Origin: Acidimicrobiia bacterium
GTDB taxonomy: Bacteria > Actinomycetota > Acidimicrobiia > Spongiisociales > ZC4RG35
Assembly: GCA_965215185.1 (NCBI GenBank)
Contig: OZ244034.1
Span: 1,728,001 to 1,792,000 of the forward strand
Direction of reading: 5' to 3'
Length of the DNA stretch: 64,000 nt
Made by a program: the position numbers and the translations under genes. Under the pieces are notes generated by a model, which searched no databases, was not told where the DNA came from, and saw only the letters and a program-made list of their open reading frames with translations. Shown in pieces: positions 29,359 through 39,475 of this stretch (positions are counted from its first letter, which is position 1; the number at the start of each line of letters is the position of its first letter).

Positions 29359-29829
29359 CTACCCTTCACTCTCCTCTGCGTCGTCGTCAGCAAAGACCTT
29401 TCCAGTGAAATAATCCTGCATCACCTCTAGGTTGATCTCGGTGTTCCCGGGTGCTCCTGGAGGAAGACCATCGCGAGCCTCGATCCAGGGGCGCTCTCGA
29501 CAGGTGACCATCGTTAATTGCGAGAGGGTCCAATCACCAAACATTGTCAGGACGGCCTCCACCGATTCCTTCTCCTCAGGAATAAGCCGACCAGGGTCCC
29601 CATCCTCAGGCCAAGGGCTCTCCAAAAGGAACTGACCCAGATGTTGGTTCATTATCGGTCTCACCACCGGACCGCTCGCCCAAGCTTCGATCGGCTCTTC
29701 GAATAGCGGCACGCCATCCCACGCCAGGTGAAATCCCTGGCAGAAATAGAGAAGCCTATGCAGCTTCAGGGTAAACGTGTTGCCCAGCTTCTCCACCAAG
29801 AGGGCGGCTACATCGCGGGCGCTGACCAT
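29359..29829 (-). CDS. Panacea (DUF4065/SocA-like) antitoxin domain protein
   Basis: SARDVA..L, KLHRLLYFCQG.HL, PLFEEPIEAWASGPVV, ERPWIEAR; RBS GGAG upstream of MVSAR. Confidence 0.85.
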   Translation of the reverse strand: MVSARDVAALLVEKLGNTFTLKLHRLLYFCQGFHLAWDGVPLFEEPIEAWASGPVVRPIMNQHLGQFLLESPWPEDGDPGRLIPEEKESVEAVLTMFGDWTLSQLTMVTCRERPWIEARDGLPPGAPGNTEINLEVMQDYFTGKVFADDDAEESEG

Positions 29830-29959
29830 TTGTCTCCTTTCTTCAGTACTTGAGAACATAATGGGAGGGTGTGACAAAACCGGCAGTAGGCCAGGCAGCG
29901 GAGAGAGGCCGGACAACTAGAGTGGTGAGCGCCCATAGTCGTACAAGAAAGCTCCGCCA

Positions 29960-30361
29960 ATGGTCGTTATCCGCACTGCCCGAGGGGGCGGGCGTTTCGA
30001 AGAGGTGGGTTCTTATGTGCGGGCGCGCCGGGTGGGACCCTTCGTGTTCGTGGCCGGCACCACCGCCGTGGAACCAAGCGGCAAGCTGCATGCCCCCGGC
30101 GACGCCTACGCCCAGACCCATTACATCCTGGACCGCATCGAAAAGGCTCTCATGCAGGTGGGCGCATCCCTCTCTGATGTGGTCAGAACACGAGCTTTTT
30201 TCTCCGAAAGCGCCGCCGCCGGAGGTTTCATCAGGGCCCACGGTGAACGCTTCCGGGGAATCGAGCCGGTGTTGACTGGCGTGGAGGCCGGTTTGACAGT
30301 AGAGGGCATGATGGTCGAGATCGAGGTAGATGCCTTGCTGATCGACGAATTGGCCCACTGA
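29960..30361 (+). CDS. RidA/YjgF family protein
   Basis: YVRARRVG..VFVAGTT, GASLSDVVRTR, VEIEVDA. Confidence 0.88.
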   Translation: MVVIRTARGGGRFEEVGSYVRARRVGPFVFVAGTTAVEPSGKLHAPGDAYAQTHYILDRIEKALMQVGASLSDVVRTRAFFSESAAAGGFIRAHGERFRGIEPVLTGVEAGLTVEGMMVEIEVDALLIDELAH

Positions 30362-30487
30362 GAAACAGTCGGCGGGTTTTCCCAAGGGGAAGCGGGATGA
30401 CGTTGTATAGTGTTTCACGACAACTCATTTAAGGCGGGCCCGGGTGGTTCGCCCCTGACGTAATAACTACGGTAAGGAGGACCTCAA

Positions 30488-31963
30488 TTGACCTCTAGTA
30501 CTGATCAGGGCCTTATCAAGGCGCTTTCTACCCGGGATGTCTTTATGGCCGGGGTCGGGCTGGTGGTCGCCAGTTCCACCCTGGTATCGGACTTCGAAGG
30601 GTGGATCGGCATAGGCACCGCCTTTGCCATGGCCTTGTTGATGGGCTTTGTCATCAACTTGCTCCTAGGACTTTCCGCCGCCGAACTGGCGGTGACCTAC
30701 CCGAGAGCAGGCGCGCTCTACGACTATGGCGCGGCCGCTTTCGGGGGTAAGGGCGCCAAAGCGTCCGTAACGGGAATCTTCCTGGGATTTTCCTTCTACG
30801 CCATGTTCGCGCTGGTCGGAGCGTTGGAAACCAACGCCGGCGCCTTCGGACTGCGGGCCCTATTCAACACCAACGACGCCGAAATCTTGGATACCAGCAC
30901 TGCTGACGTGCTTCTGCCTTGGATTATCGGCATGACCATCCTGGCGGTTATCCCCAACCTGCTGGGAATTCAGATCCTGGCCCGGGTCGAGTTCCTGGTG
31001 GTAATAGTGATGCTGTCCATCCGCTGGATCTTCGGATTGTTCGGATACTTCGGCGCCGGCAACACCGGTGGCTGGAGCGCCGGCAACTGGGACGCCGGTC
31101 TCAGCATGTGGGACTGGTTCGGCTCTGAAGGGGTAATCGCCGCCGGGCTGATCATCGCCATCTGGTCGTTCATTGGCATCGAGTTCGTCGGTCCACTAGC
31201 CGAGGAGACCAAGGATCCGGCTCGCATGATCCCCAAGGGGATCGTATGGGGCTTGGTCGCCATCTTGGCCACCTCGCTGTTCATGGGCTTCGGCGTGCTG
31301 GGCACCGCCTCGACCTCCACCTGGCAAGCTGGTTTGGACGCTTCCGGCTGCGGCGGAAACTGCACCCAGTTGTTCGTGGGACGCGAGTTCTGGGGTGAGG
31401 GTGGCCGTTATCTGATGGCCGCGGCCAGTGTTCTGGCAACCTTTGCCTCGATGACCATCGTCTATGCCGGGATGCCCCGGATTCTTTACGGGATATCCCG
31501 CAACGGTCATCTCTTCGGACCCCTCTCCCGCATCTTCTCCAGGCTTCATCCCCGCTACCGCACCCCTTGGTGGGCAATAATCATCACCGCCATCCTCTAC
31601 GTGATTGTCGGCGCCACCGCCGGAACGGTGGTGGAGTTGATCTTCACCGGCGCATACCTGTGGCTGCTGCTCTATGTGGCCTTCCACATCGTGGTGATAG
31701 TCGGCCGGGTGATGGATCCGGATGTGGACCGTCCTTACAAACTGCCGCTGATCATCCCGATCATCGGCGCCCTGATCACCCTATACGGGATCTCCGTAGC
31801 CTTCGGTGGGGCCCACTGGGGTGAAGGAGGTTTCTTGATCGACACCGCTTCCAACCTGAAACTTGGGCCGGTTCTCTGGGTCTTCGTAGGCTCGTTGATC
31901 GCCGCCCCCATTTCCTACGCAATGCGTAAGTCCTCAGGGATGGAAAGCCGGTACAGCTCCTAG
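30488..31963 (+). CDS. APC family amino acid/amine permease
   Basis: About 12 TM segments, AELAVTYPRAG, FIGIEFVGPLAEE.KDP, LHPRYRTP, RPYKLP; RBS AAGGAGG. Confidence 0.9.
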   Translation: MTSSTDQGLIKALSTRDVFMAGVGLVVASSTLVSDFEGWIGIGTAFAMALLMGFVINLLLGLSAAELAVTYPRAGALYDYGAAAFGGKGAKASVTGIFLGFSFYAMFALVGALETNAGAFGLRALFNTNDAEILDTSTADVLLPWIIGMTILAVIPNLLGIQILARVEFLVVIVMLSIRWIFGLFGYFGAGNTGGWSAGNWDAGLSMWDWFGSEGVIAAGLIIAIWSFIGIEFVGPLAEETKDPARMIPKGIVWGLVAILATSLFMGFGVLGTASTSTWQAGLDASGCGGNCTQLFVGREFWGEGGRYLMAAASVLATFASMTIVYAGMPRILYGISRNGHLFGPLSRIFSRLHPRYRTPWWAIIITAILYVIVGATAGTVVELIFTGAYLWLLLYVAFHIVVIVGRVMDPDVDRPYKLPLIIPIIGALITLYGISVAFGGAHWGEGGFLIDTASNLKLGPVLWVFVGSLIAAPISYAMRKSSGMESRYSS

Positions 31964-31982
31964 CCAAAACTCGAAAATAACC

Positions 31983-32023
31983 AGTAAAGAAGCCCGCGGG
32001 CCATGCCCGTGGGCTTCTTTACT
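31983..32023 (+). terminator. Intrinsic terminator or processing hairpin
   Basis: AGTAAAGAAGCCCGCGGGC-CAT-GCCCGTGGGCTTCTTTACT, 19-bp stem with one G-U pair. Confidence 0.8.
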
Positions 32024-32050
32024 ATCGGTGCAGGTAGCCTTGGATAACTA

Positions 32051-32644
32051 ATGGATCTTGAGCACACTTCAGGTTCGCCGTGGGCCAACCTCAATATCCG
32101 CACCCGCGTTTCAGGACTCTATGAAACCCGACGCCGGCGCATTCTCGAAGAGCCCCGGGCCGCCTTGGAGAAGTTAAACATCATCTACCAGGTCACCCCG
32201 GGTCACCGCCAGGTGAAAGCCTTATTGGACGATGATGTGCAGCTGGCAGTGGGCTTCACCGGCAGGGTCCGCATCTTCGGAGCTCTCCTGGACACCATCT
32301 GGGTCACCCTGAAAGGAGAACCGGGCGACAAACCCGAGCGCATCTCCTATAACTTCAAACACAACCGCTTCACCACCCGCTCTTCGAAGCCCTACGTCCA
32401 AGCAGTGGCGGAGCGGGCCACCGGGGACTCCCGGGTCCGAAAGCTAATCCCCAACGGAGAACTCAAACAGGTTCAACTCTTGGTGGGACCGGGAGGGCAA
32501 AGGGCGGAGATCATTCCGATGCCGGGGACCATCACCGCTATTTTCCTTCCTCCCATGCCCCCCTACTCGGTGCCCATGCGTCAAGAAGAGGCAGACGCCC
32601 AGTTGCACCTCCTGCTTCGCCTCACCGAGATTTACGATGGGTAA
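32051..32644 (+). CDS. Hypothetical protein (possibly DUF3156-like APC-associated protein)
   Basis: Coding-like 197-aa ORF between APC and glxB; family call rests on size, position and recalled context only. Confidence 0.6.
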   Translation: MDLEHTSGSPWANLNIRTRVSGLYETRRRRILEEPRAALEKLNIIYQVTPGHRQVKALLDDDVQLAVGFTGRVRIFGALLDTIWVTLKGEPGDKPERISYNFKHNRFTTRSSKPYVQAVAERATGDSRVRKLIPNGELKQVQLLVGPGGQRAEIIPMPGTITAIFLPPMPPYSVPMRQEEADAQLHLLLRLTEIYDG

Positions 32645-32710
32645 ACTCCAGTCGAACAGTTCCCTTCACCGGACATATCCCAACCTCCTACTACCAAAGG
32701 AGCCCGAACG

Positions 32711-33658
32711 ATGTGCGGGATAGCAGGAAGAATTCTCCGCGAACCTGGCCCGGTAGGCGCTGATCTGGTGGCCATGATGCAAGCCATGGCCCACCGGGGA
32801 AGCGATTCCACCGGTTTCGCCCTTTATGGCGACCCAATGCCGGCTGGGTTTGTGGTTCGGGTGGTGAGCGTGAACCGGCGCCGATTGAATCAGGACCTGG
32901 ATACGTTCCTCTCGATCTTGAGGGACCACGGATCGGATTTCCTCTCTAGCCCAACGTGGGACGGGTTGAAGCAGCCGCATGTCTCGGTGCGGATGACCAT
33001 CGCCGAACCCGTCTCGGAGTTGACCGAGTGGCTGGATGAGGCAGACGCCATTCCCGGCTTCGAAATCCAGTCGGTGGGACGGAGCCTGGAGATCATCAAA
33101 GATGTCGGCAACGCCGAAGAAGTGATGGAAAAGCACGACTTGGGGAGTTACATCGGCACCCACGGCATTGCCAATGCCCGCATGGCCACCGAATCCAAGG
33201 TGTACCCCACCGCCTCCCACCCTTTCTGGGCCAGGCCCTTTCCGGACATCGCCATCGTCCACAACGGCCAGCTCACCAACTATTGGCTAACCCGGGGGCG
33301 GCTCATCCGGGCCGGTTACCGATTCTTCACCGACAACGACTCCGAGATGATCGCGGTGTGGATCTCCGACCAGATGAACCGGGGCCTCACCCTGGAGGAG
33401 GCCCTCCAGCTGTCACTCACCGAAATGGACGGCGTTTTCACCTATCTGGCCGCCACCCCCTATCAGATGGGCATGGCCAAGGACAAATGGGCGATCAAGC
33501 CCCTGGCCGTGATCCGGGAAAACGGCAACATGGCCACCGCCACCGAAGAGCAGGCGGTGCGCAAGGTATATCGTCAACACCACCCCGTCATCAACTATGA
33601 CGGACCCGCCGAATACACCACCTGGGTATGCCGGCCGGTACCAGCCGTCGCTGCATGA
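32711..33658 (+). CDS. glxB: Class II glutamine amidotransferase, N-methylglutamate synthase subunit A-like
   Basis: MCGIAG N-terminal nucleophile, RMATES, HPF, VHNGQLTN, NDSE. Confidence 0.85.
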   Translation: MCGIAGRILREPGPVGADLVAMMQAMAHRGSDSTGFALYGDPMPAGFVVRVVSVNRRRLNQDLDTFLSILRDHGSDFLSSPTWDGLKQPHVSVRMTIAEPVSELTEWLDEADAIPGFEIQSVGRSLEIIKDVGNAEEVMEKHDLGSYIGTHGIANARMATESKVYPTASHPFWARPFPDIAIVHNGQLTNYWLTRGRLIRAGYRFFTDNDSEMIAVWISDQMNRGLTLEEALQLSLTEMDGVFTYLAATPYQMGMAKDKWAIKPLAVIRENGNMATATEEQAVRKVYRQHHPVINYDGPAEYTTWVCRPVPAVAA

Positions 33659-34347
33659 GTGTCGTCACCGTCGAAGTGGGAGACCGTCCCCTTCGGGATG
33701 TCAACCGCGATATTCGCTCCCTGGCGTCCACGGCCTCGGAGATCGTGGTCACCGATCCTCTCTCCCGACACAACCTGGCGGTGGCGTTGACCGAAGACAC
33801 CCCGGTTCGCATCCTCGGCAACGTCGGCTACTACTGCGGTGGGCTCAACAGCGGTGGCGTGATCCACGTGGAAGGAGACTGTGGGTGGGGCGTGGGAGAG
33901 GCCATGGCCCGGGGGAAGATCACCATCGACGGCTATGCCGGGATGAGCGTGGGCGCTTCCATGCGGGGAGGGCTGATCCACATCAAAGGAAATACCGGTC
34001 CGCGGTGCGGGGTGGCCCAGAAGGGCGGAGATATCGTGGTGGAGGGAAGCATCGGTTATCTGAGCGGGTTCATGGCGCACACCGGTCGGATCATCACCCT
34101 GGGTAACGCCGGAGACGCCACCGGAGACTCCCTGTGGGAGGGCGCTGTCTGGGTAGCAGGCGACATCAAGTCGCTGGGGGTGGACAGCCACGCGGTGGAG
34201 CCGCCGCCCGAAGAGGTGGCGGACGTAGAAGAGCTCCTGGCCGGACTGGGTTTGGGAGACTCCACACGCGATTGGAAGAAAGTGGTGTCGGGACAACGAC
34301 TCTGGTATTTCGAAAGTAGGGACGCCACCGCATGGCTGATGATTTGA
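33655..34347 (+). CDS. glxC: GXGXG-domain protein, N-methylglutamate synthase subunit B-like
   Basis: HNLAVAL, GNVGYYCGG, GPRCGVAQKGGDIVVEGSIGYLSGFMA; ATGA coupling with glxB. Confidence 0.88.
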   Translation: MSVVTVEVGDRPLRDVNRDIRSLASTASEIVVTDPLSRHNLAVALTEDTPVRILGNVGYYCGGLNSGGVIHVEGDCGWGVGEAMARGKITIDGYAGMSVGASMRGGLIHIKGNTGPRCGVAQKGGDIVVEGSIGYLSGFMAHTGRIITLGNAGDATGDSLWEGAVWVAGDIKSLGVDSHAVEPPPEEVADVEELLAGLGLGDSTRDWKKVVSGQRLWYFESRDATAWLMI

Positions 34348-35747
34348 GCATTACCAACTCTCCCAACGGGCTCTCCCACGAGGACCTGGTCGCTCTCCGG
34401 GACGGCGCCATCGACGGGCGCCCGGCGGGCATCCCCTCCTCCTACGACCACGGCGACAGCATCCGCTGGACCCCCAAGGACATCGCCGACATCCACGCCA
34501 TGTCGAGGCTGGGCCGCTACCAAATTCGGGGCTTTACGACCGCCAACCCGAGAATGGCCAACTGGAACGACCTGGTGTTCGTCCCCGCCACCGCCACCCG
34601 GCTTCCCTTGGAGGGATATCGGGAAAGTTGTGAGACCAAGACGGTGCTGGGCGATCGTCCCGGCCTGGTCTCCAAGCCCATAGAACTGGACATTCCCATC
34701 TACGTCGCTTCCATGTCCTTTGGTGCGCTGTCGGCGTCCGCCAAGACCGCCTTGGGAAGGGGGGCCTCCAAGGTGGGCACCATGACCTGCAGCGGAGAGG
34801 GAGGAATGCTCCCGGAGGAGAGGGAAGCCTCCAAGACCATGGTCTACCAGATGACCCCGTCCCGCTACGGGCTGGACCTCGAGCACCTCCGTCAGGCCGA
34901 CGGCATCGAGATCGTAATCGGCCAGGGCGCCAAGCCCGGGACCGGGGGTTTGCTGCTGGGTATGAAGATCTCCGACCGGGTGGCGCGGATGCGTTCACTC
35001 CCGGTTGGGGTCGATCAGCGCTCTACCGTGCGCCATCCTGACTTCCTGGGCGCCGACGACCTGCAGATCAAGATCGAGGAACTTCGGGAAGCCACTGGAT
35101 ACCGGATTCCCATTTTCGTGAAGCTGGGCGCAACCCGCCCCCGTTTCGACGTGGCCATGGCCGCCAAGGTGGCTGACGTGATCGTCCTGGACGGAGCGGA
35201 GGGTGGCACCGGCGCCTCTCCCGAACTGCTGCTGGACCACACCGGCATCCCCACCATGGCAGCCATTCCAGCCGCCCGCGAAGCTTTGGAAGAAAGCGGC
35301 ATGTCCGAAGAGGTGAAACTGGTGGCGGCGGGAGGCATCCGCAACGGCACCGATGCGGCCAAGGCGCTGGCGCTGGGCGCCGATGCGGTGATGATCGGAA
35401 CCGCCGCCCTGATGGCGCTGGGATGCAACTCGCCCCGGTATCTGGAGGACTACCAGAAGATCGGAACCTCTCCCGGAAAGTGTCACCACTGCCACACCGG
35501 CCGTTGCCCGGTGGGGATCACCACCCAGGACCCGGAGTTGGAGACCCGCCTGCACGTGGACGCCGCCGCCGACCGGGTGGCCCGCTATCTGACCGCCATG
35601 ACCATGGAAATCACCATGTTGGCCAAGGCGTGCGGCAAGTCAAGCGTTCACAACCTGGAGATGGAGGACCTTCGGGCCCTGTCCCTTAACTCGTCGGCTC
35701 TTACCGGCGTAAAACTGGCCGGAGTGGACCGGCCCTTCACCTGGTAG
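34332..35747 (+). CDS. glxD: FMN-binding glutamate synthase family, N-methylglutamate synthase subunit C-like
   Basis: MSFGALS, GQGAKPG.GG.LLG.K, RHPD, CHHCHTGRCPVGITTQD. Confidence 0.88.
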   Translation: MADDLSITNSPNGLSHEDLVALRDGAIDGRPAGIPSSYDHGDSIRWTPKDIADIHAMSRLGRYQIRGFTTANPRMANWNDLVFVPATATRLPLEGYRESCETKTVLGDRPGLVSKPIELDIPIYVASMSFGALSASAKTALGRGASKVGTMTCSGEGGMLPEEREASKTMVYQMTPSRYGLDLEHLRQADGIEIVIGQGAKPGTGGLLLGMKISDRVARMRSLPVGVDQRSTVRHPDFLGADDLQIKIEELREATGYRIPIFVKLGATRPRFDVAMAAKVADVIVLDGAEGGTGASPELLLDHTGIPTMAAIPAAREALEESGMSEEVKLVAAGGIRNGTDAAKALALGADAVMIGTAALMALGCNSPRYLEDYQKIGTSPGKCHHCHTGRCPVGITTQDPELETRLHVDAAADRVARYLTAMTMEITMLAKACGKSSVHNLEMEDLRALSLNSSALTGVKLAGVDRPFTW

Positions 35748-35782
35748 CAGTTCTCCCAAGCAATACCAGGAGGGAGGCATGC

Positions 35783-36598
35783 ATGGATAAGGTTGCAGAC
35801 GGTTGCGACTCCTGGCGGGGCTCGGAGTATCGGGAGAACACCGCTCACCACCGCGCCTTCGACCCGCCGGCCCTGTGGAACCTCGACCTGGACGTAGGCG
35901 ACTCTCTGTTGGATGTGGGATGCGGCGCCGGGGATTTGACCGTGGCCTTGGCCGAGCATTATCCCCGGGCTCAGATGATTGGCATAGACGCCTCTCCCAG
36001 CCAGATCGAACAAGCCCGCCGGCACGGCCATCCGGGCATCCGCTTCGAAAAGCGGCGGGTCCAGGATCTTCAATGGCAAGAGCGCTTCTCGGCGGTGGTT
36101 TCCATCGCCTGCCTGCACTGGATTCCGATCAAGGAACACCCTCTGGTGCTGGAAAGGCTCCACCGTGCCCTGGCACCGGGAGGAAAACTGATCGCCAGTT
36201 TTGCCTCTGAGACCAATATCGCGCAGATCCGAAGAATCATCTTTTCGGTGGCCGTACAGTCTCCCTTCCACGAATACGTCCTAGGTCGTCTGCCACATCA
36301 TCCCTGGCCGTCGCTGGACCGCTACACCGAGATAGTTGCCGCCTCCCCCTTTGGCGGCGCCGAAGAACTGCGTATCGAGACCCAACCTCGTCCCTTCTCT
36401 CACAAACGTCTCATCGGCTGGCTCCGGACTCAGACCCTCACCGGCTACCGACCCCTCCTGCCACCCCACGTCTTCGAAGCGCTGGTGTCCACAGTGGGAG
36501 AGCAGATAGCGGACCTGACCAGGACGGGACCCGACAGCCATGTCGTACCCTTCGTGCGACTGCAACTGCAAGCCCGCCGACCGAGAACCTCTGCATGA
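35783..36598 (+). CDS. Class I SAM-dependent methyltransferase (Tam-like)
   Basis: LLDVGCGAG, GIDAS, ACLHWI, LAPGG. Confidence 0.85.
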   Translation: MDKVADGCDSWRGSEYRENTAHHRAFDPPALWNLDLDVGDSLLDVGCGAGDLTVALAEHYPRAQMIGIDASPSQIEQARRHGHPGIRFEKRRVQDLQWQERFSAVVSIACLHWIPIKEHPLVLERLHRALAPGGKLIASFASETNIAQIRRIIFSVAVQSPFHEYVLGRLPHHPWPSLDRYTEIVAASPFGGAEELRIETQPRPFSHKRLIGWLRTQTLTGYRPLLPPHVFEALVSTVGEQIADLTRTGPDSHVVPFVRLQLQARRPRTSA

Positions 36599-37443
36599 AC
36601 ACCGCGAATCTGTCCGACTGGGTAGGGAACACCGAGAGCCGCCGCCAGCGGATCGATCCTTGGCCGGTTGCCGCTCTTTCCGCCCTGTTCGATCTACCGG
36701 CGCCAGCTGCGAAAGAGGGAGACCCCCTGCCACCCATGTGGCACTGGCTTTACTTCCTGCCCGCCGCCCGGCGTTCGGAGACCGGAACTGACGGACACCC
36801 TCTCCGGGGAGGTTTCCTTCCCCCCGTACCGCAGAAGAGAAGGATGTTCGCTGGCTGCTCCACCGTCTTCCACCGTCCCCTGCTGGTGGGGGAGACAGCG
36901 CAGCAAAAGGCCATCGTGAAAAGCGTGGTGCGAAAGGAGGGCCGAAGCGGCCTGCTCGTGTTCGTAACCGTCGAATACCAAATCCGGGGAGAAGATGGAC
37001 CGGCACTCACCGAAACCCAGAACCTGATCTACACCGACGCCTCCCCGTCAGATCCGCAGGAACCGCCAGGAGAACCCGGCCCGCCGTCGCGGCCATGGGC
37101 ACATGACATACCCACCGACCCGGTACTCCTGTTCCGCTTCTCGGCCCTCACCAACAACGCCCACCGCATCCACTACGACCAACCCTATGCGACCAGCGTG
37201 GAGGGGTATTCCGGACTGGTGGTCCACGGCCCGCTCATCGCCATGCTCCTGGCCAATCTCCCCCTGCGCAACGGCGTGGACCATCCCGGGCGTTTCGCCT
37301 TCCGGGCACGCTCTCCCTTCTTTTGCGGCGACACCTTACACCTGCGTGGTGGACGCGATGCCCAGACTCCGGATATTCGCTGGACATTGGGCGCCTATTC
37401 GAGTGGGGGCCGGCTCGGGGTTGAAGCGGAGTACTCGGCCTGA
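36595..37443 (+). CDS. MaoC/FAS1-like double hot-dog hydratase (itaconyl-CoA/mesaconyl-C4-CoA hydratase-like)
   Basis: LPPMWHWLYF, DGHPLRGGFLPP, RRMFAG, LLFRFSALT.N.HRIHYD, LVVHGPL. Confidence 0.88.
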   Translation: MNTANLSDWVGNTESRRQRIDPWPVAALSALFDLPAPAAKEGDPLPPMWHWLYFLPAARRSETGTDGHPLRGGFLPPVPQKRRMFAGCSTVFHRPLLVGETAQQKAIVKSVVRKEGRSGLLVFVTVEYQIRGEDGPALTETQNLIYTDASPSDPQEPPGEPGPPSRPWAHDIPTDPVLLFRFSALTNNAHRIHYDQPYATSVEGYSGLVVHGPLIAMLLANLPLRNGVDHPGRFAFRARSPFFCGDTLHLRGGRDAQTPDIRWTLGAYSSGGRLGVEAEYSA

Positions 37444-37496
37444 TCCATGTCCTCTCACCCAGAGCAGGCACACGTCAGCGATACCCTTTAGGCCCT

Positions 37497-39464
37497 ATGA
37501 GCAGCCAACCCCTCTGGATACCTTCTAAAGAGAGAATCGAAGCTTCGTCCATAACTTGCCTCCGCCGGGAGGTCAACCGGCGATACGGACTGGCGCTTGC
37601 CGACTCTGTCGAACTGCACCGTTGGAGCGTGGAGAATATCGACCGATTCTGGGACACGTCCTGGGACCATGTGGGAGTCTTGGGAGAAAAGGGAGATAGG
37701 ATCTACCTGCCCGGCGACTCGATGACTTCGGCGCGGTTTTTTCCCGACGCCCGTCTCAGCGTCGCCCGGAACCTGTTGGATGGCCGGGGGGTTGACGGTG
37801 ATTCGGTGGCCATCCTGTACCGGCGGGAGGACGGATACACCCAGGATCTGACCTGGAACCAACTGCGATCCCAGGTGGCGGCGGCAGCCGGCGCCCTTTC
37901 CGTCCACGGCGTGGAGGCTGGAGACCGGGTGGCGGCCTGGATGCCCAACCGACCCGAGACGGTGGTGTTGATGATCGCCGCCGCCAGCATCGGCGCCCTG
38001 TTCAGTTCCACCTCGGCCGACTTCGGTGTGGCCGGGGTGGTGGACCGCTTCGGCCAGATAGACCCGGTGCTCTTGCTGGCCACCGACGGGTATCCCTACG
38101 GGGGCAAACCCTTCGACCGGCTGGCGCCCCTCAGGGAGATCCGGGAGGCACTCCCTTCCGTGCGGCGGGTGGTTATCGTCCCCAATCTGGACACCGACCC
38201 GGACTGCACATCCATTCCGGACGCCATTTCCTGGGAGGAGTTCCTGGCCGCCGGTGAGGGCGCGGAGCTACCCACCGACACCTTCCCCTTCGACCATCCC
38301 CTGTTCATTCTTTTCTCCTCGGGAACCACGGGACCTCCCAAGTGCATGGTGCACCGGGCGGCGGGGGTGATGCTCAAGCTCATGCAGGAGCATCAAACTC
38401 AGGTGGACATCCGCACCGGCGACAGGGTGTTCTATTTCACAACCTGCGGGTGGATGATGTGGAACTGGCTGGTCACCGCCCTTGCCTCCGCCGCCAGTAT
38501 CGTCTTATACGACGGCAATCCGTTCCACCCCTCCCCCAGCCATTTGTTTGACCTGATCGACCAGGACGAGATAACCTTGCTGGGGGTCTCGGCCAAGTTC
38601 ATCGACGCGGCCCGCCAAACCGGCATTCGACCCCGGCGGTCGCATAGCCTCGCTTCACTGCGCACCATCTGCTCCACCGGCTCTCCCCTTTCTCCTGAGG
38701 GGTTCGAGTGGGTATACCAAGATGTGAAAGAAGACCTGCACTTGGCCTCCATCTCGGGCGGCACCGATCTGTGCGGGTGTTTCGTGGGAGGTGACCCCAC
38801 CCTCCCGGTGTGGACCGGGGAGATCCAAGGCCCGACCCTGGGCATGGCGGTGGAGGTGTACGACGACCAGGGCCGACCGCTCGCCGGGCCGACCGGTGAA
38901 CTGGTCTGCCGAGAGCCCTTCCCATCCATTCCACTGCGGTTCTGGAACGACCCCGACGGAACCCGCTTCCAGTCAGCCTATTTCGAAAAGTACCCCGGAG
39001 TGTGGACCCACGGCGATTACGCCAATTGGACACCAAACGGCGGGATGGTCATCCACGGTCGTTCCGACGCCACCCTCAACGTGGCGGGAGTACGAATCGG
39101 AACCGCCGAGATCTACCGGCAGGCCGAAGAAGTCCCCGGGGTGGTGGAGGCGATCTGCGTTGCCCAGAAGTGGGAACGGGACACCCGGATGGTGCTGTTC
39201 GTGCGGCTCGAGGAAGGTCAGGAACTAAATGATGGCCTGGTAGCCGAGATCAAGAAACGCCTGCGCCATCACTGCTCTCCCCGGCACGTACCGGCCCTCG
39301 TGTTGGAGGCGCCAGACATCCCACGCACGCGTTCGGGAAAGATCACCGAACTGGCGGTGACCGCGGTGATAAACGGTGACGAGGTGAAGAACACCGAAGC
39401 GTTGGCCAACCCGCAAGCGCTGGCCTATTTCGCAAATCGCCCCGAATTGGCGGGCTGGACCTGA
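37497..39464 (+). CDS. Acetoacetate--CoA ligase
   Basis: FSSGTTGPPKC, FTTCGWMMWNW, SISGGTD, GRSDATLN, NTEALANP. Confidence 0.93.
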   Translation: MSSQPLWIPSKERIEASSITCLRREVNRRYGLALADSVELHRWSVENIDRFWDTSWDHVGVLGEKGDRIYLPGDSMTSARFFPDARLSVARNLLDGRGVDGDSVAILYRREDGYTQDLTWNQLRSQVAAAAGALSVHGVEAGDRVAAWMPNRPETVVLMIAAASIGALFSSTSADFGVAGVVDRFGQIDPVLLLATDGYPYGGKPFDRLAPLREIREALPSVRRVVIVPNLDTDPDCTSIPDAISWEEFLAAGEGAELPTDTFPFDHPLFILFSSGTTGPPKCMVHRAAGVMLKLMQEHQTQVDIRTGDRVFYFTTCGWMMWNWLVTALASAASIVLYDGNPFHPSPSHLFDLIDQDEITLLGVSAKFIDAARQTGIRPRRSHSLASLRTICSTGSPLSPEGFEWVYQDVKEDLHLASISGGTDLCGCFVGGDPTLPVWTGEIQGPTLGMAVEVYDDQGRPLAGPTGELVCREPFPSIPLRFWNDPDGTRFQSAYFEKYPGVWTHGDYANWTPNGGMVIHGRSDATLNVAGVRIGTAEIYRQAEEVPGVVEAICVAQKWERDTRMVLFVRLEEGQELNDGLVAEIKKRLRHHCSPRHVPALVLEAPDIPRTRSGKITELAVTAVINGDEVKNTEALANPQALAYFANRPELAGWT

Positions 39465-39475
39465 TTCGAGGCACT

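Noticed and set aside
30397-30428. Hairpin upstream of the APC permease as a riboswitch or GlnR box
   Set aside because: The imperfect dyad ATGACGTTGT...ACAACTCAT is present but matches no riboswitch or GlnR consensus I can verify.
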